This document shows, one piece after another, positions 29,124 to 40,293 of a stretch of DNA of 64,000 nucleotides. Under the pieces are notes generated by a model. That model was given only the letters and a program-made list of their open reading frames with translations. It had not been told where the DNA came from and did no database searches. Every line of letters begins with the position of its first letter. The first letter of the stretch is position 1. This DNA is from an uncultured Planctomycetaceae bacterium (GTDB lineage: Bacteria > Planctomycetota > Planctomycetia > Pirellulales > PALSA-1355), in NCBI GenBank assembly GCA_937952415.1, contig CALFYT010000119.1, positions 5,252 to 69,251 on the forward strand, in the 5' to 3' direction. A program made the position numbers and the translations under genes.

Positions 29124-29921
29124 ATGATTCCCATCCTTCCACGATTGGCCCATCCAACCGCCGGCCGACGCCGGCTGGCGTTGCGCGCCCTGCGGACCCT
29201 CATCGCGTGTAGCCTGCTGACTGTCGCCACGAGCCACGTGTCGGCCGGCACGATTCTTCAGTTCCAAAATTCGGACGGCCTGCAAGCCGAGGCCGAATTC
29301 ACGATCATCAATGCCACGACGCTGGAGATACGCCTCAAGAACACCTCGACCGGCGTGCCGGCCGAGTTTAGCGCCGGTGCGGACCAAATTCTGACCAGCA
29401 TCTCCTGGAGCTTCGGCGGAACGACCGTAATCACAGGCGGATCGGTGAAGACCGGCCCGTCGAGCGCTTCGTTGAATTTCTCCATCTCGAATGTTGGCGC
29501 CAATGCCGACGTGAGCGGCGAGTACGGCTTTGGCAACGGCGGCTCGACCGGGTTGTTCGACAACTTCATTTCGGGCAACTCCGCTGGCATCACACCATTT
29601 GGCGGAGCGAATCTGGACGGCCCGGTGAGCCTCAATGGGCCCCAGGCGGGTTTGGTCGCCAATCCACTTCCGATCGGGCTTGGCGGACAAGGCGCCATCC
29701 AAGACGAATGGATCGCTACGCTTACACTCAGCGGCGATCCACTCACGGATCTCAACTTCTTGGACGACGGCGCCACGATCGAATTCGGCTCCGACGCCGC
29801 GTTTATCACGACGCACGCGCCCGAACCGTCGACGTTCATTCTCGCGGCGGTCGCCTGCGCCGGGATGATCGGACTGGCCCGTCGGCGAAGGCGGTTTGGT
29901 GCCGGTTTCGTGCGGCGCTAG
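29124..29921 (+). CDS. PEP-CTERM sorting domain-containing surface protein
   Basis: ATG at 29124 in ORF 28992..29921, with a signal peptide ending SHVSAG. C-terminus APEPSTFILAAVACAGMIGLARRRRRFG. Confidence 0.8.
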   Translation: MIPILPRLAHPTAGRRRLALRALRTLIACSLLTVATSHVSAGTILQFQNSDGLQAEAEFTIINATTLEIRLKNTSTGVPAEFSAGADQILTSISWSFGGTTVITGGSVKTGPSSASLNFSISNVGANADVSGEYGFGNGGSTGLFDNFISGNSAGITPFGGANLDGPVSLNGPQAGLVANPLPIGLGGQGAIQDEWIATLTLSGDPLTDLNFLDDGATIEFGSDAAFITTHAPEPSTFILAAVACAGMIGLARRRRRFGAGFVRR

Positions 29922-29923
29922 CC

Positions 29924-30954
29924 TTACGCGGCACCAGACGACGCGGAGTTAAGGATTTGGCCGGCTTCTTGGCACGCGCCGTCGACCGCAGCAAATTCCT
30001 CTTCGGCCGCTGGAATGTCGAGAATGATGTTGCGGATTCCTTTCCGCACGAGCCGCGCGATCAGTTCACCCACCTGCGCGTGCGAACCGATGAAGTACGG
30101 GCAGTCGGCCTGAAAGTTGCGAAACGGCTCGACCCAATAGCCCGGCCTGGCCGACTCGGCCATCTTGGCGGCCATCATCATCCGTTGCTTCCACTCTGAG
30201 TCGGTGTTCTTCATCGAGAAGGTCTGCATCCGCTGGCCGCTGGCGTCGGCCGGGAAAAGCCGTTTAGCGGCTTGCCACGCGTCTTCCTCGCTGGACCGTG
30301 TCACGATGCCAAAGTGAATGCCCGTAGCTCCGGCGGTCAGTTGATCCTCCAATTGCGCCGGCAGCATCTGCATGTGAACGGCGTTGATCGCGTTGGCCGT
30401 TTTCATCGCCCCCTCCGACTGCCCGGCGATGTAGAACACCGGCTGCACGTCGTCAGACATCGGTGGATCGAGCTTGAGATTTTTGGTCTTGTAGTACTCT
30501 CCTTCGTATGTGACCGGTTCGCCGCGCGACGATGTGAGCTGCGCGATCAGTTCGCCGTACTCCCGCAATCGGTCGTAGCGCTGCTCCTTGGTGAGATGGT
30601 CGTTCAGCGCTTCCAGATAACTCAGCGCCGTGCCGGTGATCATGTTCAATAGGTCTTGCGCCCGTACATGTACGCGAAGCTGCTGACCATCTTGGCCGCG
30701 GTGAACGGGTGCATGTAGACGGGATTGACCGCGACCAGCGGGCACAGGTTCTTGGTCTTGGCAAACGCGGCGTTCGCGGCGAGCCAGGGCTGCACATACG
30801 TGTCGTTGCCCTCGAACAACAGAATGCCTGTGGCGTCGTACTTGTCGCTCCAGTCGATCGCTCTTTCGATGTTTGCCCAATACTGATCGACGGCTTTCGT
30901 CCGGGGACTGATCGTGAAGACGCCAACCGACTCGTCGCCAAAATTGAATCTCAT
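29924..30954 (-). pseudogene. LLM-class (SsuD-like) flavin-dependent oxidoreductase, split by an apparent 1-nt frameshift near 30646-30655
   Basis: The N-terminal part (ORF 30646..31005, from MRFNFGDESVGVF at 30954) ends ...FAYMYGRKTY*. The C-terminal part (ORF 29924..30880) resumes LNMITGTALSYLEALNDHLTKEQRYDRLREY. Joined, they follow the SsuD pattern (...GRxxxNlvTG...ERYxxxxEf). The genome reads ACCTATTGAACATG where ACCTATTTGAACATG would keep the frame. Confidence 0.8.
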
Positions 30955-31333
30955 GGATACCTCGTATCGCACCGACGGTGCCAGGTGGGTGGCCGGCGCG
31001 TGCAATGTGTAGTGGTCAGTCCGAGTCGATCGCCGCGACGCGAATCGCCTTCCTCGCGGACGGCACCATCCGCGACGGTCCGGCGAATCCGTCCCAAATC
31101 TCTATAGGCCACGGCCCGATCGCCGTCAAAACGGGCAGGACGACGCACCCGATCGCAGTACGAGTTGTGCAGGTTGTAGCGGACGACCCGCTCCCCGAAC
31201 TGGCCCCAGACGCGACTGGCCACGCTGGCCGGCCGGCGGCTATGATGACGACCCGTGGGGCAGATTCCGATCGCGCGCAACGAGGCAGTGTGTGCTCGAC
31301 AGCGCGCCGAATGGTACGAACGCGAAAAGGCTA

Positions 31334-32752
31334 ATGTCCGAAGCGCACCAAGGCGAATCACCGATCGACGACGTCACGTCGAACTTGGCCGATGGCGGTT
31401 CGCGACAGCCATTCTTTAGTGAGGATTGGTGTGCCGTCTGGATTGGCGGGCTGCTCTTGGCGATCTGCGTGATCGCCGTCATTGCCAACGGCCCGCTGCC
31501 CGACGGCGGCTACGCCAGCCTGCTCAAACCTTGGCTGACCAAGCCCGGCTCGTGGTCGGACAATCCAGTCGCGGCGTTTGCCAGCCAGAGCAATACGCTG
31601 CCTGGTTTGTTGGCCGTGTTCGGGTTGACGCTGGTCGCGTTCGGCGGCGGCATCGCGGCGATGGGACAGAGCGTGTCGGCCTTTGCACGCGGGTTCGTGC
31701 TGGTCTTCGCACTGGGCATAGTCGCCTATCTGCTGGCCGGTCAAGACGTCGTGAAGTACTACGACCTGAGCTATGCCCTCTGGGCATTGGTCGTCGGGCT
31801 GTTGATCAGCAACACCATTGGCACGCCCGACTGGGTACGGCCAGCCGTGCGCACCGAGTTGTTCATCAAGACCGGCCTGGTGCTGCTTGGAGCCGAAGTG
31901 CTCTTCAACCGGCTACTCGCGCTGGGCCTGCCGGGCATCTTCGTCGCGTGGGTAGTCACGCCGATCGTGCTGGTGGCCACGTTTTGGTTCGGGCAAAAGA
32001 TACTCCGCATCGAGTCGCCAACGCTCAATATGGTGATCTCGGCCGACATGTCGGTCTGTGGTGTGTCGGCCGCGATCGCCACGGCCGCGGCCTGCAAGGC
32101 CAAGAAGGAAGAACTCTCGCTGGCGATCGGCATGTCGCTGTCGTTTACCGTCGTGATGATGGTCGCCATGCCGGCGGTCATTAAGGCGGCGGGCATGAGC
32201 AACATCGTCGGCGGAGCGTGGATGGGCGGTACGATCGACGCGACGGGCGCCGTGGCCGCGGCCGGTGCGATGCTGGGCGAAGACGCGCTGCAAGTCGCCG
32301 CCACGGTGAAAATGATTCAGAACATCTTGATCGGCGTGGTGGCGTTTTGCGTGGCTGTGTATTGGGTGTTGCGAGTCGAACGACGGCCGGATGCCCCGCG
32401 GCCCGGCGCCGTCGAGATTTGGCGACGCTTTCCCAAGTTCATCTTCGGGTTCGTGGCAGCGTCGTTCGTGTTTTCAATGATGTACGGCGCGCACGAAGAC
32501 GGGCCGCGGTTTGTCGATGCGGTGATCAACGACAGCACCAAAACGCTCCGCGGTTGGTTCTTCTGCCTGGCATTCGTCAGCATCGGGCTGGAGACCAACT
32601 TCCGTGCCCTGGCCCGCTACTTCAAGGGGGGCAAACCGTTGGTGTTGTACGTCGTGGGCCAGTCGTTCAATCTCTGCCTGACGTTGCTGATGGTCTGGCT
32701 GATGTTCGAGAAAGTCTTTCCTCAAGCGGCGGAAGTGCTCAAACAGCAATGA
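31334..32752 (+). CDS. YeiH/UPF0324 family membrane transporter (annotated elsewhere as putative sulfate exporter family)
   Basis: ATG at 31334 in ORF 31292..32752, with many TM spans. The overall layout fits the Cons_hypoth698 family. Family call is from memory of the sequence pattern. Confidence 0.72.
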   Translation: MSEAHQGESPIDDVTSNLADGGSRQPFFSEDWCAVWIGGLLLAICVIAVIANGPLPDGGYASLLKPWLTKPGSWSDNPVAAFASQSNTLPGLLAVFGLTLVAFGGGIAAMGQSVSAFARGFVLVFALGIVAYLLAGQDVVKYYDLSYALWALVVGLLISNTIGTPDWVRPAVRTELFIKTGLVLLGAEVLFNRLLALGLPGIFVAWVVTPIVLVATFWFGQKILRIESPTLNMVISADMSVCGVSAAIATAAACKAKKEELSLAIGMSLSFTVVMMVAMPAVIKAAGMSNIVGGAWMGGTIDATGAVAAAGAMLGEDALQVAATVKMIQNILIGVVAFCVAVYWVLRVERRPDAPRPGAVEIWRRFPKFIFGFVAASFVFSMMYGAHEDGPRFVDAVINDSTKTLRGWFFCLAFVSIGLETNFRALARYFKGGKPLVLYVVGQSFNLCLTLLMVWLMFEKVFPQAAEVLKQQ

Positions 32753-33057
32753 GCGTGAATCGTTCTCAATCAGACTGGCAGCGCGGCGCTACGGCATTCG
32801 TCTCGAGCGCAGCCATCGTGGCGCTGGTGTGGCTCGTCGTTCTGCCCTGGATCGCGGCGCGCCCGGCGGTCCGCGCGCGGACTGCGGCCCTGAAGGAGCG
32901 AGGAATCGACCCCGCGGCGCTCTTCTACACCGACCTGGAAGCCATGCCGCGCCTTGAAGCGCGACTCGCCGCGCAGCGCCGGAAGCATCCCGAGGCGTTT
33001 TGGCAAATCGGGTGGTCGCTCGACAGCGCAGACCGGCACGAAGTCGATTCCCACTAA
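32749..33057 (+). CDS. small membrane protein, unknown function
   Basis: ATG at 32749 overlaps the preceding stop (ATGA), within ORF 32218..33057. One TM span ([22 protein letters not shown]). Confidence 0.5.
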   Translation: MSVNRSQSDWQRGATAFVSSAAIVALVWLVVLPWIAARPAVRARTAALKERGIDPAALFYTDLEAMPRLEARLAAQRRKHPEAFWQIGWSLDSADRHEVDSH

Positions 33058-33062
33058 GACCC

Positions 33063-33374
33063 ATGACGCAGTCCGACGGCCAGCACGCGATCGATTCGGC
33101 CTGCAAAGTGATTCGCCAGGCGCTCGAGCGCGCCAAGGCCGACGTCTACGCCCAAATCCGCAACTACCCGCCGCCGATTACCGCGTGCGACGAGCAGTTC
33201 GACTTGCTCATCGAATCGCGCGATCGGATCGTGCGCAGCTTGCACGGCGTCGACGAGCTGGTCGCTGCGTGTTCGAAACACCCGGATCCGGCCGCGCTGA
33301 TTGCGGATTTCGTCGCAGCATCGCCCGACGTGGAAGACTGCGTGCGAGAGCAGATCCGCACACTGCTGACATAG
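33063..33374 (+). CDS. hypothetical protein (103 aa)
   Basis: ATG at 33063 in ORF 33000..33374, 5 nt after the previous stop. Helical and acidic, with no recognisable motif. Confidence 0.5.
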   Translation: MTQSDGQHAIDSACKVIRQALERAKADVYAQIRNYPPPITACDEQFDLLIESRDRIVRSLHGVDELVAACSKHPDPAALIADFVAASPDVEDCVREQIRTLLT

Positions 33375-33547
33375 ATAAGTAGCGCGCAGGTCCAGTAACT
33401 CGGCGACTTGCCTCGACGTCTGGGCCGACCAAACGCCATCGAAATAAACTCGCTCTAGACGCGCAACCGCTTGGCGCGAACAATGCCGGATGACCGACGG
33501 CGCGATTCCGTCGGACGCCATGCAACGCCCGCAACGCGCAGTCACTG

Positions 33548-34747
33548 ATGGACGCAGACGGATTCGCCCTGCTGACGATCAACACTGGCTCATCGAGCCT
33601 CAAGACCGGTGTGTACCGCGTGGTCAATGGGGCTCCGCGTGTGACGCTGCGGGCCGAAGCCCGGCAGATCGGGTCGGACGCCAGCCAGGTTGTCGTCGCG
33701 GACGGAGCCGGCAAGTCCCTTACGGACCAAACAGCCCGATTGGCGGACCATGCCGCGGCGCTCGACATGGTGTTGCGGCAGTTTGCAGAGCACGGGGCGC
33801 CACGCCAATTCGCCGCTGTCGGACATCGCGTGGTGCACGGGGGTCAGCGATACACTAGCCCGACCTGGTTGGACGCCGATGTGGTCCGAGCACTTCAAGA
33901 GCTCGTTCCGCTGGCGCCCGACCATCTGCCGCAATCCATCGCCGCGATCAAGACCATCAGCACGCTGATGCCAGACGTCCGCCAAGTCGCCTGCTTCGAC
34001 ACGTCGTTTCACCACACGCTTCCGCGCCGCGCGCGACTTTTCGCCTTGCCGCGCGCCCTGGCCGAACAGGGCATTGTCCGCTTCGGGTTTCACGGGCTTT
34101 CCTGCGAGTACCTCGTCGAACAACTGCGCTCGCTCGATCCTCAGCACATCGGCGGCCGCACGGTGATTACCCACTTGGGCAGCGGCGCGAGCATGACCGC
34201 CGTGGTGCGCGGCCAGAGCGTCGATACCAGCATGGGCTTCACGCCGACCGGTGGCCTGGTTATGAGCACGCGCAGTGGAGATCTCGATCCCGGCGTGCTG
34301 GTCTATTTGCTGCGCCAGCGCGGCTACTCGGCCGACGCGCTCGATCGGCTATGCAATCGCGAGTCGGGATTGGCCGGACTATCGGAAATCGGGCCCGACA
34401 TGCGCGAACTGGTCGAGCGGCGCGACAGCGACGCGCGGGCCGGCGAAGCGGTAGAGTTGTTCTGCTACCAGGCCCGCAAATTCCTGGCCGGTTTCGCCGG
34501 AGCGATGGGCGGCCTCGACACGGTCGTCTTTGCTGGCGGAATCGGCGAAAACGCCCCATACATTCGCCAACAAATCTGCGCGGAGCTAGAGTTCTTGGGC
34601 GTGGCGCTCGATCGCCAGCGCAACGAAGCCGGCGCCGCCGAAATATCGTCCGAAACAAGTTCCGTCCGCGTGCGGGTCATCAAGACGGATGAAGACTTGA
34701 TGATCGCCCGCCATACCCAGCGTCTTGTCGCGTCCCACGGAGAGTGA
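33548..34747 (+). CDS. ackA: acetate kinase
   Basis: 399 aa. [12 protein letters not shown]-terminus, HRVVHGG and GFHGLS motifs. Its stop overlaps the phosphoketolase GTG start. Confidence 0.95.
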   Translation: MDADGFALLTINTGSSSLKTGVYRVVNGAPRVTLRAEARQIGSDASQVVVADGAGKSLTDQTARLADHAAALDMVLRQFAEHGAPRQFAAVGHRVVHGGQRYTSPTWLDADVVRALQELVPLAPDHLPQSIAAIKTISTLMPDVRQVACFDTSFHHTLPRRARLFALPRALAEQGIVRFGFHGLSCEYLVEQLRSLDPQHIGGRTVITHLGSGASMTAVVRGQSVDTSMGFTPTGGLVMSTRSGDLDPGVLVYLLRQRGYSADALDRLCNRESGLAGLSEIGPDMRELVERRDSDARAGEAVELFCYQARKFLAGFAGAMGGLDTVVFAGGIGENAPYIRQQICAELEFLGVALDRQRNEAGAAEISSETSSVRVRVIKTDEDLMIARHTQRLVASHGE

Positions 34748-37218
34748 CCATGCCCAACACGCAATCGCCACCGGCCCGGGCCGAAACATCCGCCACCACG
34801 CTGTCGCCCGAAGCGCTCGACGCGCTGCATCGCTACTGGTGCGCGGCCAACTACCTGACAGTCGGCCAGATCTATCTGCAAGAGAATCCGCTGTTGCGCG
34901 AGCCGCTGGCGGCAGAACACATCAAGCCGCGCTTGCTGGGCCATTGGGGCACGTCGCCCGGCCTGACGTTCATCTACGTTCACATGAATCGCCTGATCAA
35001 GCAGCACGGCATTGACGCGATCTATGTCACGGGCCCTGGGCACGGAGGACCGGCGCTCAACGCATGTGCCTATTTGGAGCGGACGTACACCGAAGTGCAT
35101 CCCGAAGTGACGCAAGACGAGTCGGGATTGCGCGTCATGTTCCGACAGTTTTCCACGCCTGGCGGAGTGCCCAGCCACGCTGGATCGCACTTGCCGGGCT
35201 CGATCAACGAGGGCGGCGAGCTGGGCTATTCGCTGCTGCACGCGTATGGGGCGGTGTTTGACAATCCGGATCTGTTGGTCGCCTGCGTCGTGGGCGACGG
35301 AGAAGCCGAAACCGGCCCGCTGGCCGGAAGCTGGAAGAGCAACAAGTTCCTGAACCCGGTCCGCGACGGCGCTGTGCTGCCGATCCTGCACCTAAACGGC
35401 TACAAGATTTCCGGCCCCACGGTACTGGCCCGTGTGCCCACGGCTGAAGTGGTCGACCTGATGGCGGGTCACGGCTACGAGCCGCACGTGGTCGAAGGGG
35501 ACGATCCGGCCGACATGCACGCGCGGTTCGCGGCGGTTCTGGATCAGTGCTATGCCCGCATTCGCTCGATCCAGCAAGAGGCCCGCGCCAACGGATTCAC
35601 CGAGCGGCCGCGGTGGCCCATGATCGTGCTGCGCACGCCGAAGGGTTGGACCGGCCCCAAATTGGTCGACGGCATACCGGTCGAGGGCACGTTTCGCGCG
35701 CATCAGGTTCCGCTGGCCAACGTGCGCAACAATCCCGAGCACCTGGCGATGCTCGAAACGTGGCTGAAAAGTTACAAGCCGGACGAGCTTTTTGACGCAC
35801 ATGGGCGTTTCGTCGACGAGCTGGCTCAACTGGCGCCCGAGGGCGACCGGCGGATGAGCGCCAATCCGCATGCCAACGGCGGACGCGAACTGATCGCCTT
35901 GGATCTACCCGAGTTCGAGCGCTACGCGCTGGACGTGCCCGGTCCGGGCCAGGTTATCGCCGAAGCGCCACGCAAGCTGGGCGAATACCTGCGCGACGTG
36001 ATCCGGGCCAACCCGCACAACTTCCGTCTGTTCTGCCCCGACGAAACCAACTCGAACCGGCTCAATGCGGTGTTCGAGGCAACCGACCGGTGCAGCGTGG
36101 CCGAAACAATCCCGATCGACGATCATGTCTCGCCCGACGGGCGCGTCATGGAAGTGCTCAGCGAACATTGTTGCGAAGGCTGGCTCGAGGGATACGTGCT
36201 CACCGGCCGGCACGGGGTGTTTCCGACGTACGAAGCGTTCGCGCAAGTGGTCGACTCCATGCTCACGCAGCACGCCAAGTGGCTGAAGGAATCGCGTGAG
36301 CAGCGCTGGCGGCGGCCAATTCCATCGATCAACTATTTGCTCACCAGCCACGCTTGGCGCAATGACCACAACGGCTACAGCCACCAGGCGCCCGGCTTCA
36401 TCGACAACGCACTAGTGAAAAAGAGCACGATCGTCCGCACGTACTTTCCGCCGGATGGCAATTGCCTTATGTCGACGGTTGACCACTGCCTGCGAAGCCG
36501 CAATTACGTGAACCTGGCCGTGTGTGGCAAGCAACCGCAATTGCAATGGCTCTCGATGGACGATGCGCGCGAGCACTGTTCGCGCGGCATTTCGAAATGG
36601 GACTTTGCCTCCAGCGACGGAGACGGCGAGCCCGACATCGTGCTGGCCTGCTGCGGCGACGTGCCCACAATCGAAATCGTGGCCACCAGTTGGCTGCTGC
36701 AAAAGCACGTGCCGGGTATTCGCGTGCGGGTGGTCAACGTCGTCGACCTGGGCGTCATAATGCATCCCGACGCGCATCCGCACGGCATGGACAACGTGGC
36801 GTTCGACAGCCTGTTCACCAACGATGTCCACGTGATCTTTGCCTTCCACGGCTACCGCTGGGTCATTCACAGCGTGGTCCACGGACGGGCCAACGAATCG
36901 CGGTTCCACGTCCGCGGTTACATGGAAGAGGGCAGCACGACCACGCCGTTCGACATGGTTGTGCGCAACAAGATGAGCCGATTTCAGATGGTAATCGACG
37001 CACTGACGCACGTCCCGCGCTTAAAGAGCGAGGCGGCCGACGTAATCGACCTGTTCAATCAGAAGCTGTACGACCATCAGACGTACGTCCGCGAGCACCT
37101 GGCCGACCTGCCCGAGATCGTCAACTGGCGTTGGACCGACGACTTCAGCCTACCCGACAGCCCGCCGCCTCTCGCCCGCGCCAAGACGGCCGACTCGGCC
37201 AGCTTCACCGACGCGTAG
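34744..37218 (+). CDS. xfp: xylulose-5-phosphate/fructose-6-phosphate phosphoketolase
   Basis: 824 aa. [35 protein letters not shown] and GDGEAETGP are XFP signature blocks. Start is GTG 34744 (GTGA overlap) or ATG 34750. Confidence 0.95.
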   Translation: MTMPNTQSPPARAETSATTLSPEALDALHRYWCAANYLTVGQIYLQENPLLREPLAAEHIKPRLLGHWGTSPGLTFIYVHMNRLIKQHGIDAIYVTGPGHGGPALNACAYLERTYTEVHPEVTQDESGLRVMFRQFSTPGGVPSHAGSHLPGSINEGGELGYSLLHAYGAVFDNPDLLVACVVGDGEAETGPLAGSWKSNKFLNPVRDGAVLPILHLNGYKISGPTVLARVPTAEVVDLMAGHGYEPHVVEGDDPADMHARFAAVLDQCYARIRSIQQEARANGFTERPRWPMIVLRTPKGWTGPKLVDGIPVEGTFRAHQVPLANVRNNPEHLAMLETWLKSYKPDELFDAHGRFVDELAQLAPEGDRRMSANPHANGGRELIALDLPEFERYALDVPGPGQVIAEAPRKLGEYLRDVIRANPHNFRLFCPDETNSNRLNAVFEATDRCSVAETIPIDDHVSPDGRVMEVLSEHCCEGWLEGYVLTGRHGVFPTYEAFAQVVDSMLTQHAKWLKESREQRWRRPIPSINYLLTSHAWRNDHNGYSHQAPGFIDNALVKKSTIVRTYFPPDGNCLMSTVDHCLRSRNYVNLAVCGKQPQLQWLSMDDAREHCSRGISKWDFASSDGDGEPDIVLACCGDVPTIEIVATSWLLQKHVPGIRVRVVNVVDLGVIMHPDAHPHGMDNVAFDSLFTNDVHVIFAFHGYRWVIHSVVHGRANESRFHVRGYMEEGSTTTPFDMVVRNKMSRFQMVIDALTHVPRLKSEAADVIDLFNQKLYDHQTYVREHLADLPEIVNWRWTDDFSLPDSPPPLARAKTADSASFTDA

Positions 37219-37745
37219 CGGTGCGGTGCGGCAGCGGACGACCGGCATGCCGGCGCCACCGAACGGCCAAGGTGGTGCAAAGATTCCGCACCGTCACCCC
37301 GCGCAGACGAATTCGCGATTCTTCTCCCCATTCGGGGGCCGGGGTGCACCATTCGTGTACCGCGAATTGCCGCGACGGCTCCGAACGCCGCCTGTCGGTC
37401 ATGCACGATACAGCCGTGTGTTCAGTGCTCCGATCTGGACCGTCTTGAAGTTACGTTGCCAAATGATTGCGACCTTACCCCTTCTTTCCATAGAATATTG
37501 TCCAGCCTGTTGGAGCTATGTATTCGCCGTTGAAGGCGAGAATGACAATGTGCAACCGCTGAACGTGCGAAACAACGCGGACTAGGGACAAGCAATGTGC
37601 AGCCCAGTTCTAGTCATGCGCTCCGCGGAGCAATCGGCCCGGCCCGCGCGCTGCCAAGCCGGGGACTTCGCTTGGCGCCATTTCGAGTCCACAGGCCATT
37701 CGAGTAAGGGGCAAACGGTTCGGGGCAAGATGAGGAGTAACGCTA

Positions 37746-38966
37746 ATGCACGGCAGAGACAATGTATCAACCGGTCAATGGAGTTCCTACCGCCCTAGCG
37801 GCGGACAGTTCGCGCGGCGACAAGTGCAGAGAATCGCTTCGGCAATTATTCTTTCCTTCGCCTTTCTTGCTGCACAATTCGCAACGATCAGTCTCCACAC
37901 CGCGGGAGCTACGCCCTTTTGCTTTCAGGGAATAGGCGACCTGCCTGGCGGAGCCTTCATCAGCCAGGCATGGGGCATTTCTGCAGATGGGTCAACGGTA
38001 GTTGGAACGAGTTCGTCGACAAGCGGCGAAGAAGCGTTTCGATGGACTGATTCCACGGGAATGGTTGGTTTGGGGGATCTGCCTGGACACCATACCTCAA
38101 GCCACGGCTGGGCGGTATCGGCGGACGGTGCCGTTGTGGTCGGTGACGGTATTTCTACGTCGGGTCTGGAAGCCACACGGTGGACCAGCGCGACCGGTAT
38201 GGTCGGAATCGGCGACCTACCCGGTGCCAATGTCTTCGCCGAAGCGTTTGGAGTCTCAGCCGATGGCTCGGTGATCGTAGGTCGAGGAACACCCAATGCC
38301 GGCACGGAGGCATTCCGTTGGACCGCCTCCGGAGGCATGGTAGGGCTGGGTGACTTCCCAGGGGGCGATCCACACAGCGAAGCGTTGAGCGTTTCGGGGG
38401 ACGGATCTGTCGTTGTGGGTTTCGGTACGTCGAGCATAGGTCGCGAAGCATTTCGTTGGACGGCCGCCGAAGGAATGGTCCGGCTTGGAATATTGCCGGA
38501 CGGCAAATACTTCGTCAGCGCGGCAGCGGTTTCCTACGATGGCTCGGCTATCGTTGGCCATATTTCAGGTGACTCATCTGCGTTTCGGTGGACAAGCGAC
38601 TCAAACACCATCATTCTTAATGGGATAAATGCTGCTTTGGCCCTCTCCGGCGACGGGTCCGTCGTCGTCGGCCATACCAGTTCTCAAGAAGCGGTAATTT
38701 GGACAGCCGGTGAAGGCACACGCGACTTGCGGGACTTACTCATCGAACGAGGCGTGACAGGGTTGACGGACTGGCAATTGTGGACTGCATCGGGCGTCTC
38801 AGCGGACGGCCAAACAATCACCGGATGGGGTGTTAACCCGCAAGGGCAAGGTGAGTCGTGGATCGCCACCATTCCCGAGCCGTCCTCGTTTCTACTGCTG
38901 TTTGGCGGAATGCTCGGCCTGATTGGCGTACAATGGCACCGACGACGGCACTGCCGTCGCGTCTAA
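37746..38966 (+). CDS. PEP-CTERM protein with HAF-family extracellular repeats
   Basis: 406 aa. Repeated GxGDLPGG...S(A/G)DGSxVVG...EAFRWT...GMV units. C-terminus IPEPSSFLLLFGGMLGLIGVQWHRRRHCRRV. GAGGAG lies upstream of the ATG. Confidence 0.85.
   Translation: MHGRDNVSTGQWSSYRPSGGQFARRQVQRIASAIILSFAFLAAQFATISLHTAGATPFCFQGIGDLPGGAFISQAWGISADGSTVVGTSSSTSGEEAFRWTDSTGMVGLGDLPGHHTSSHGWAVSADGAVVVGDGISTSGLEATRWTSATGMVGIGDLPGANVFAEAFGVSADGSVIVGRGTPNAGTEAFRWTASGGMVGLGDFPGGDPHSEALSVSGDGSVVVGFGTSSIGREAFRWTAAEGMVRLGILPDGKYFVSAAAVSYDGSAIVGHISGDSSAFRWTSDSNTIILNGINAALALSGDGSVVVGHTSSQEAVIWTAGEGTRDLRDLLIERGVTGLTDWQLWTASGVSADGQTITGWGVNPQGQGESWIATIPEPSSFLLLFGGMLGLIGVQWHRRRHCRRV
37929..38480 (+). repeat. four tandem 138-nt (46-codon) HAF-type coding repeats; degenerate units continue to ~38720
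   Basis: Hand count gives units at aa 62-107, 108-153, 154-199 and 200-245. Each starts G(I/L)GD(L/F)PG and ends GMV. Confidence 0.75.
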
Positions 38967-39142
38967 TTCGCGACATCGGTCGACCAATGGACTCGCACAC
39001 CGACGCGCGCGCCGTTTGACCGTGCGTCCGGCGCGGGTTCAATCGTTGTGGCGTTCAAGACGCGAGCCGCGGCAGTTGTCCTGGGTGTCTCGCGCCGTTT
39101 GTGCGAGCAAGATTTGGCCCGGTTGCTTCGAGGAACATCGTA

Positions 39143-40246
39143 ATGCGCGCGAAACTTGACTATGTCTCCGTCGGCGCGTCGGTATGCCGCGCGACGCTCC
39201 CGGCTCGACTTCTGCTGACCAGGATTGTGACATGCAGTCTCGTCGTTGCGGCGTTGTCCGCCCCGGCCCGCGCAGCCGACTCGCCCGGCTTCGCCGTCGA
39301 GCCGAACCTGATCGAGTACGATGTCGATCCCAATTGGCCCCAGCGGCCGGAACACGTCTCGGGCAAGGGTTGGGTCTCTGGCCTGGCAATCGACGACAAG
39401 CAACAGGTCTGGTTCTTTCGCAAGGGCCCCGATCCGGTGCAGGTCTACACGACCGACGGCCGCTTCGTACGCACCTGGGGTCGGGGACTGTTCGACAACC
39501 CGCACCAACTTCGCATCGATCATGAAGGCAACATCTGGGTCGCCGACTTCGGGCATCACGTCGTCGAGAAGTTTACGCCCGAAGGCCAACGGCTGCTCAC
39601 GCTCGGCGTCCGTGGCGAGTCGGGCGACGACGAAAAACACTTCTACCGGCCGACCGACATGGCCATCGCACCCAACGGCGACATCTTTGTGACCGACGGC
39701 TACGGCAATCGCCGCATCGTCCATCTGGACAAGGACGGCAAGTTCATCAAGACCTGGGGCAGCTACGGCACCGAGCCGGGCAAGTTCGTCCTGCCACACG
39801 CGATCGTGATGGACTCGCAGGGCCTGCTCTACGTGGCCGATCGCAACAGCGGACGGATTCAGGTCTTCAACCAAAACGGCGCCTTCCTCGATCAATGGGA
39901 AAACATCCTCATGCCCTGGGGACTCTCGTGCAACGCGAAGGACGAAATCTGGACCTGCGGCTCGTCGCCCCATTGGTGGAAGCGCCACGGGCAGTATCCC
40001 GAATACAAGGACCAGATGTTCGTCCGGTTTTCGAACGACGGGCGCGTGCGGCAGACCTGGATGATTCCGCTGGGCGACATCGGCACGGACAAGAACAACC
40101 CGGACGTTTCTCGCCTGAAGCCGGGCGAAGCGGTCGGCGTGCACTGCATCGCCCAGGATGCGGAAGGCAACCTCTACGTCGGCGACATCTATGGCGAACG
40201 GGCCCAGAAGTTCGTACCCATCACAAGCCGCGACGGCGACGAGTAG
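39143..40246 (+). CDS. secreted NHL-repeat protein (peptidyl-alpha-hydroxyglycine amidating lyase-like)
   Basis: ATG at 39143 in ORF 39101..40246, with a signal peptide ending APARA. NHL-type blades are present (FDNPHQLRIDHEGNIWVADFGHH; FYRPTDMAIAPNGDIFVTDGYGN; FVLPHAIVMDSQGLLYVADRNSGRIQVF). The 448-aa antisense ORF is rejected. Confidence 0.8.
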   Translation: MRAKLDYVSVGASVCRATLPARLLLTRIVTCSLVVAALSAPARAADSPGFAVEPNLIEYDVDPNWPQRPEHVSGKGWVSGLAIDDKQQVWFFRKGPDPVQVYTTDGRFVRTWGRGLFDNPHQLRIDHEGNIWVADFGHHVVEKFTPEGQRLLTLGVRGESGDDEKHFYRPTDMAIAPNGDIFVTDGYGNRRIVHLDKDGKFIKTWGSYGTEPGKFVLPHAIVMDSQGLLYVADRNSGRIQVFNQNGAFLDQWENILMPWGLSCNAKDEIWTCGSSPHWWKRHGQYPEYKDQMFVRFSNDGRVRQTWMIPLGDIGTDKNNPDVSRLKPGEAVGVHCIAQDAEGNLYVGDIYGERAQKFVPITSRDGDE

Positions 40247-40293
40247 GCCGCGGCACGCACGCGGCTTGCCCCGCGCGTTACAATGCGGATGCC

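Noticed and set aside
30951-31361. 136-aa minus-strand ORF in the LLM/YeiH spacer
   Set aside because: Third-position GC is about 69% by hand count of ~77 codons, which is only weakly coding-like. It has no motif, no credible N-terminus, and a mirror ORF on the plus strand. Left uncalled.
37681-37692. TTCGAGTCC match to the tRNA-Ser T-loop region as a possible attR
   Set aside because: Only 9 nt are shared, which is too short to distinguish from chance.
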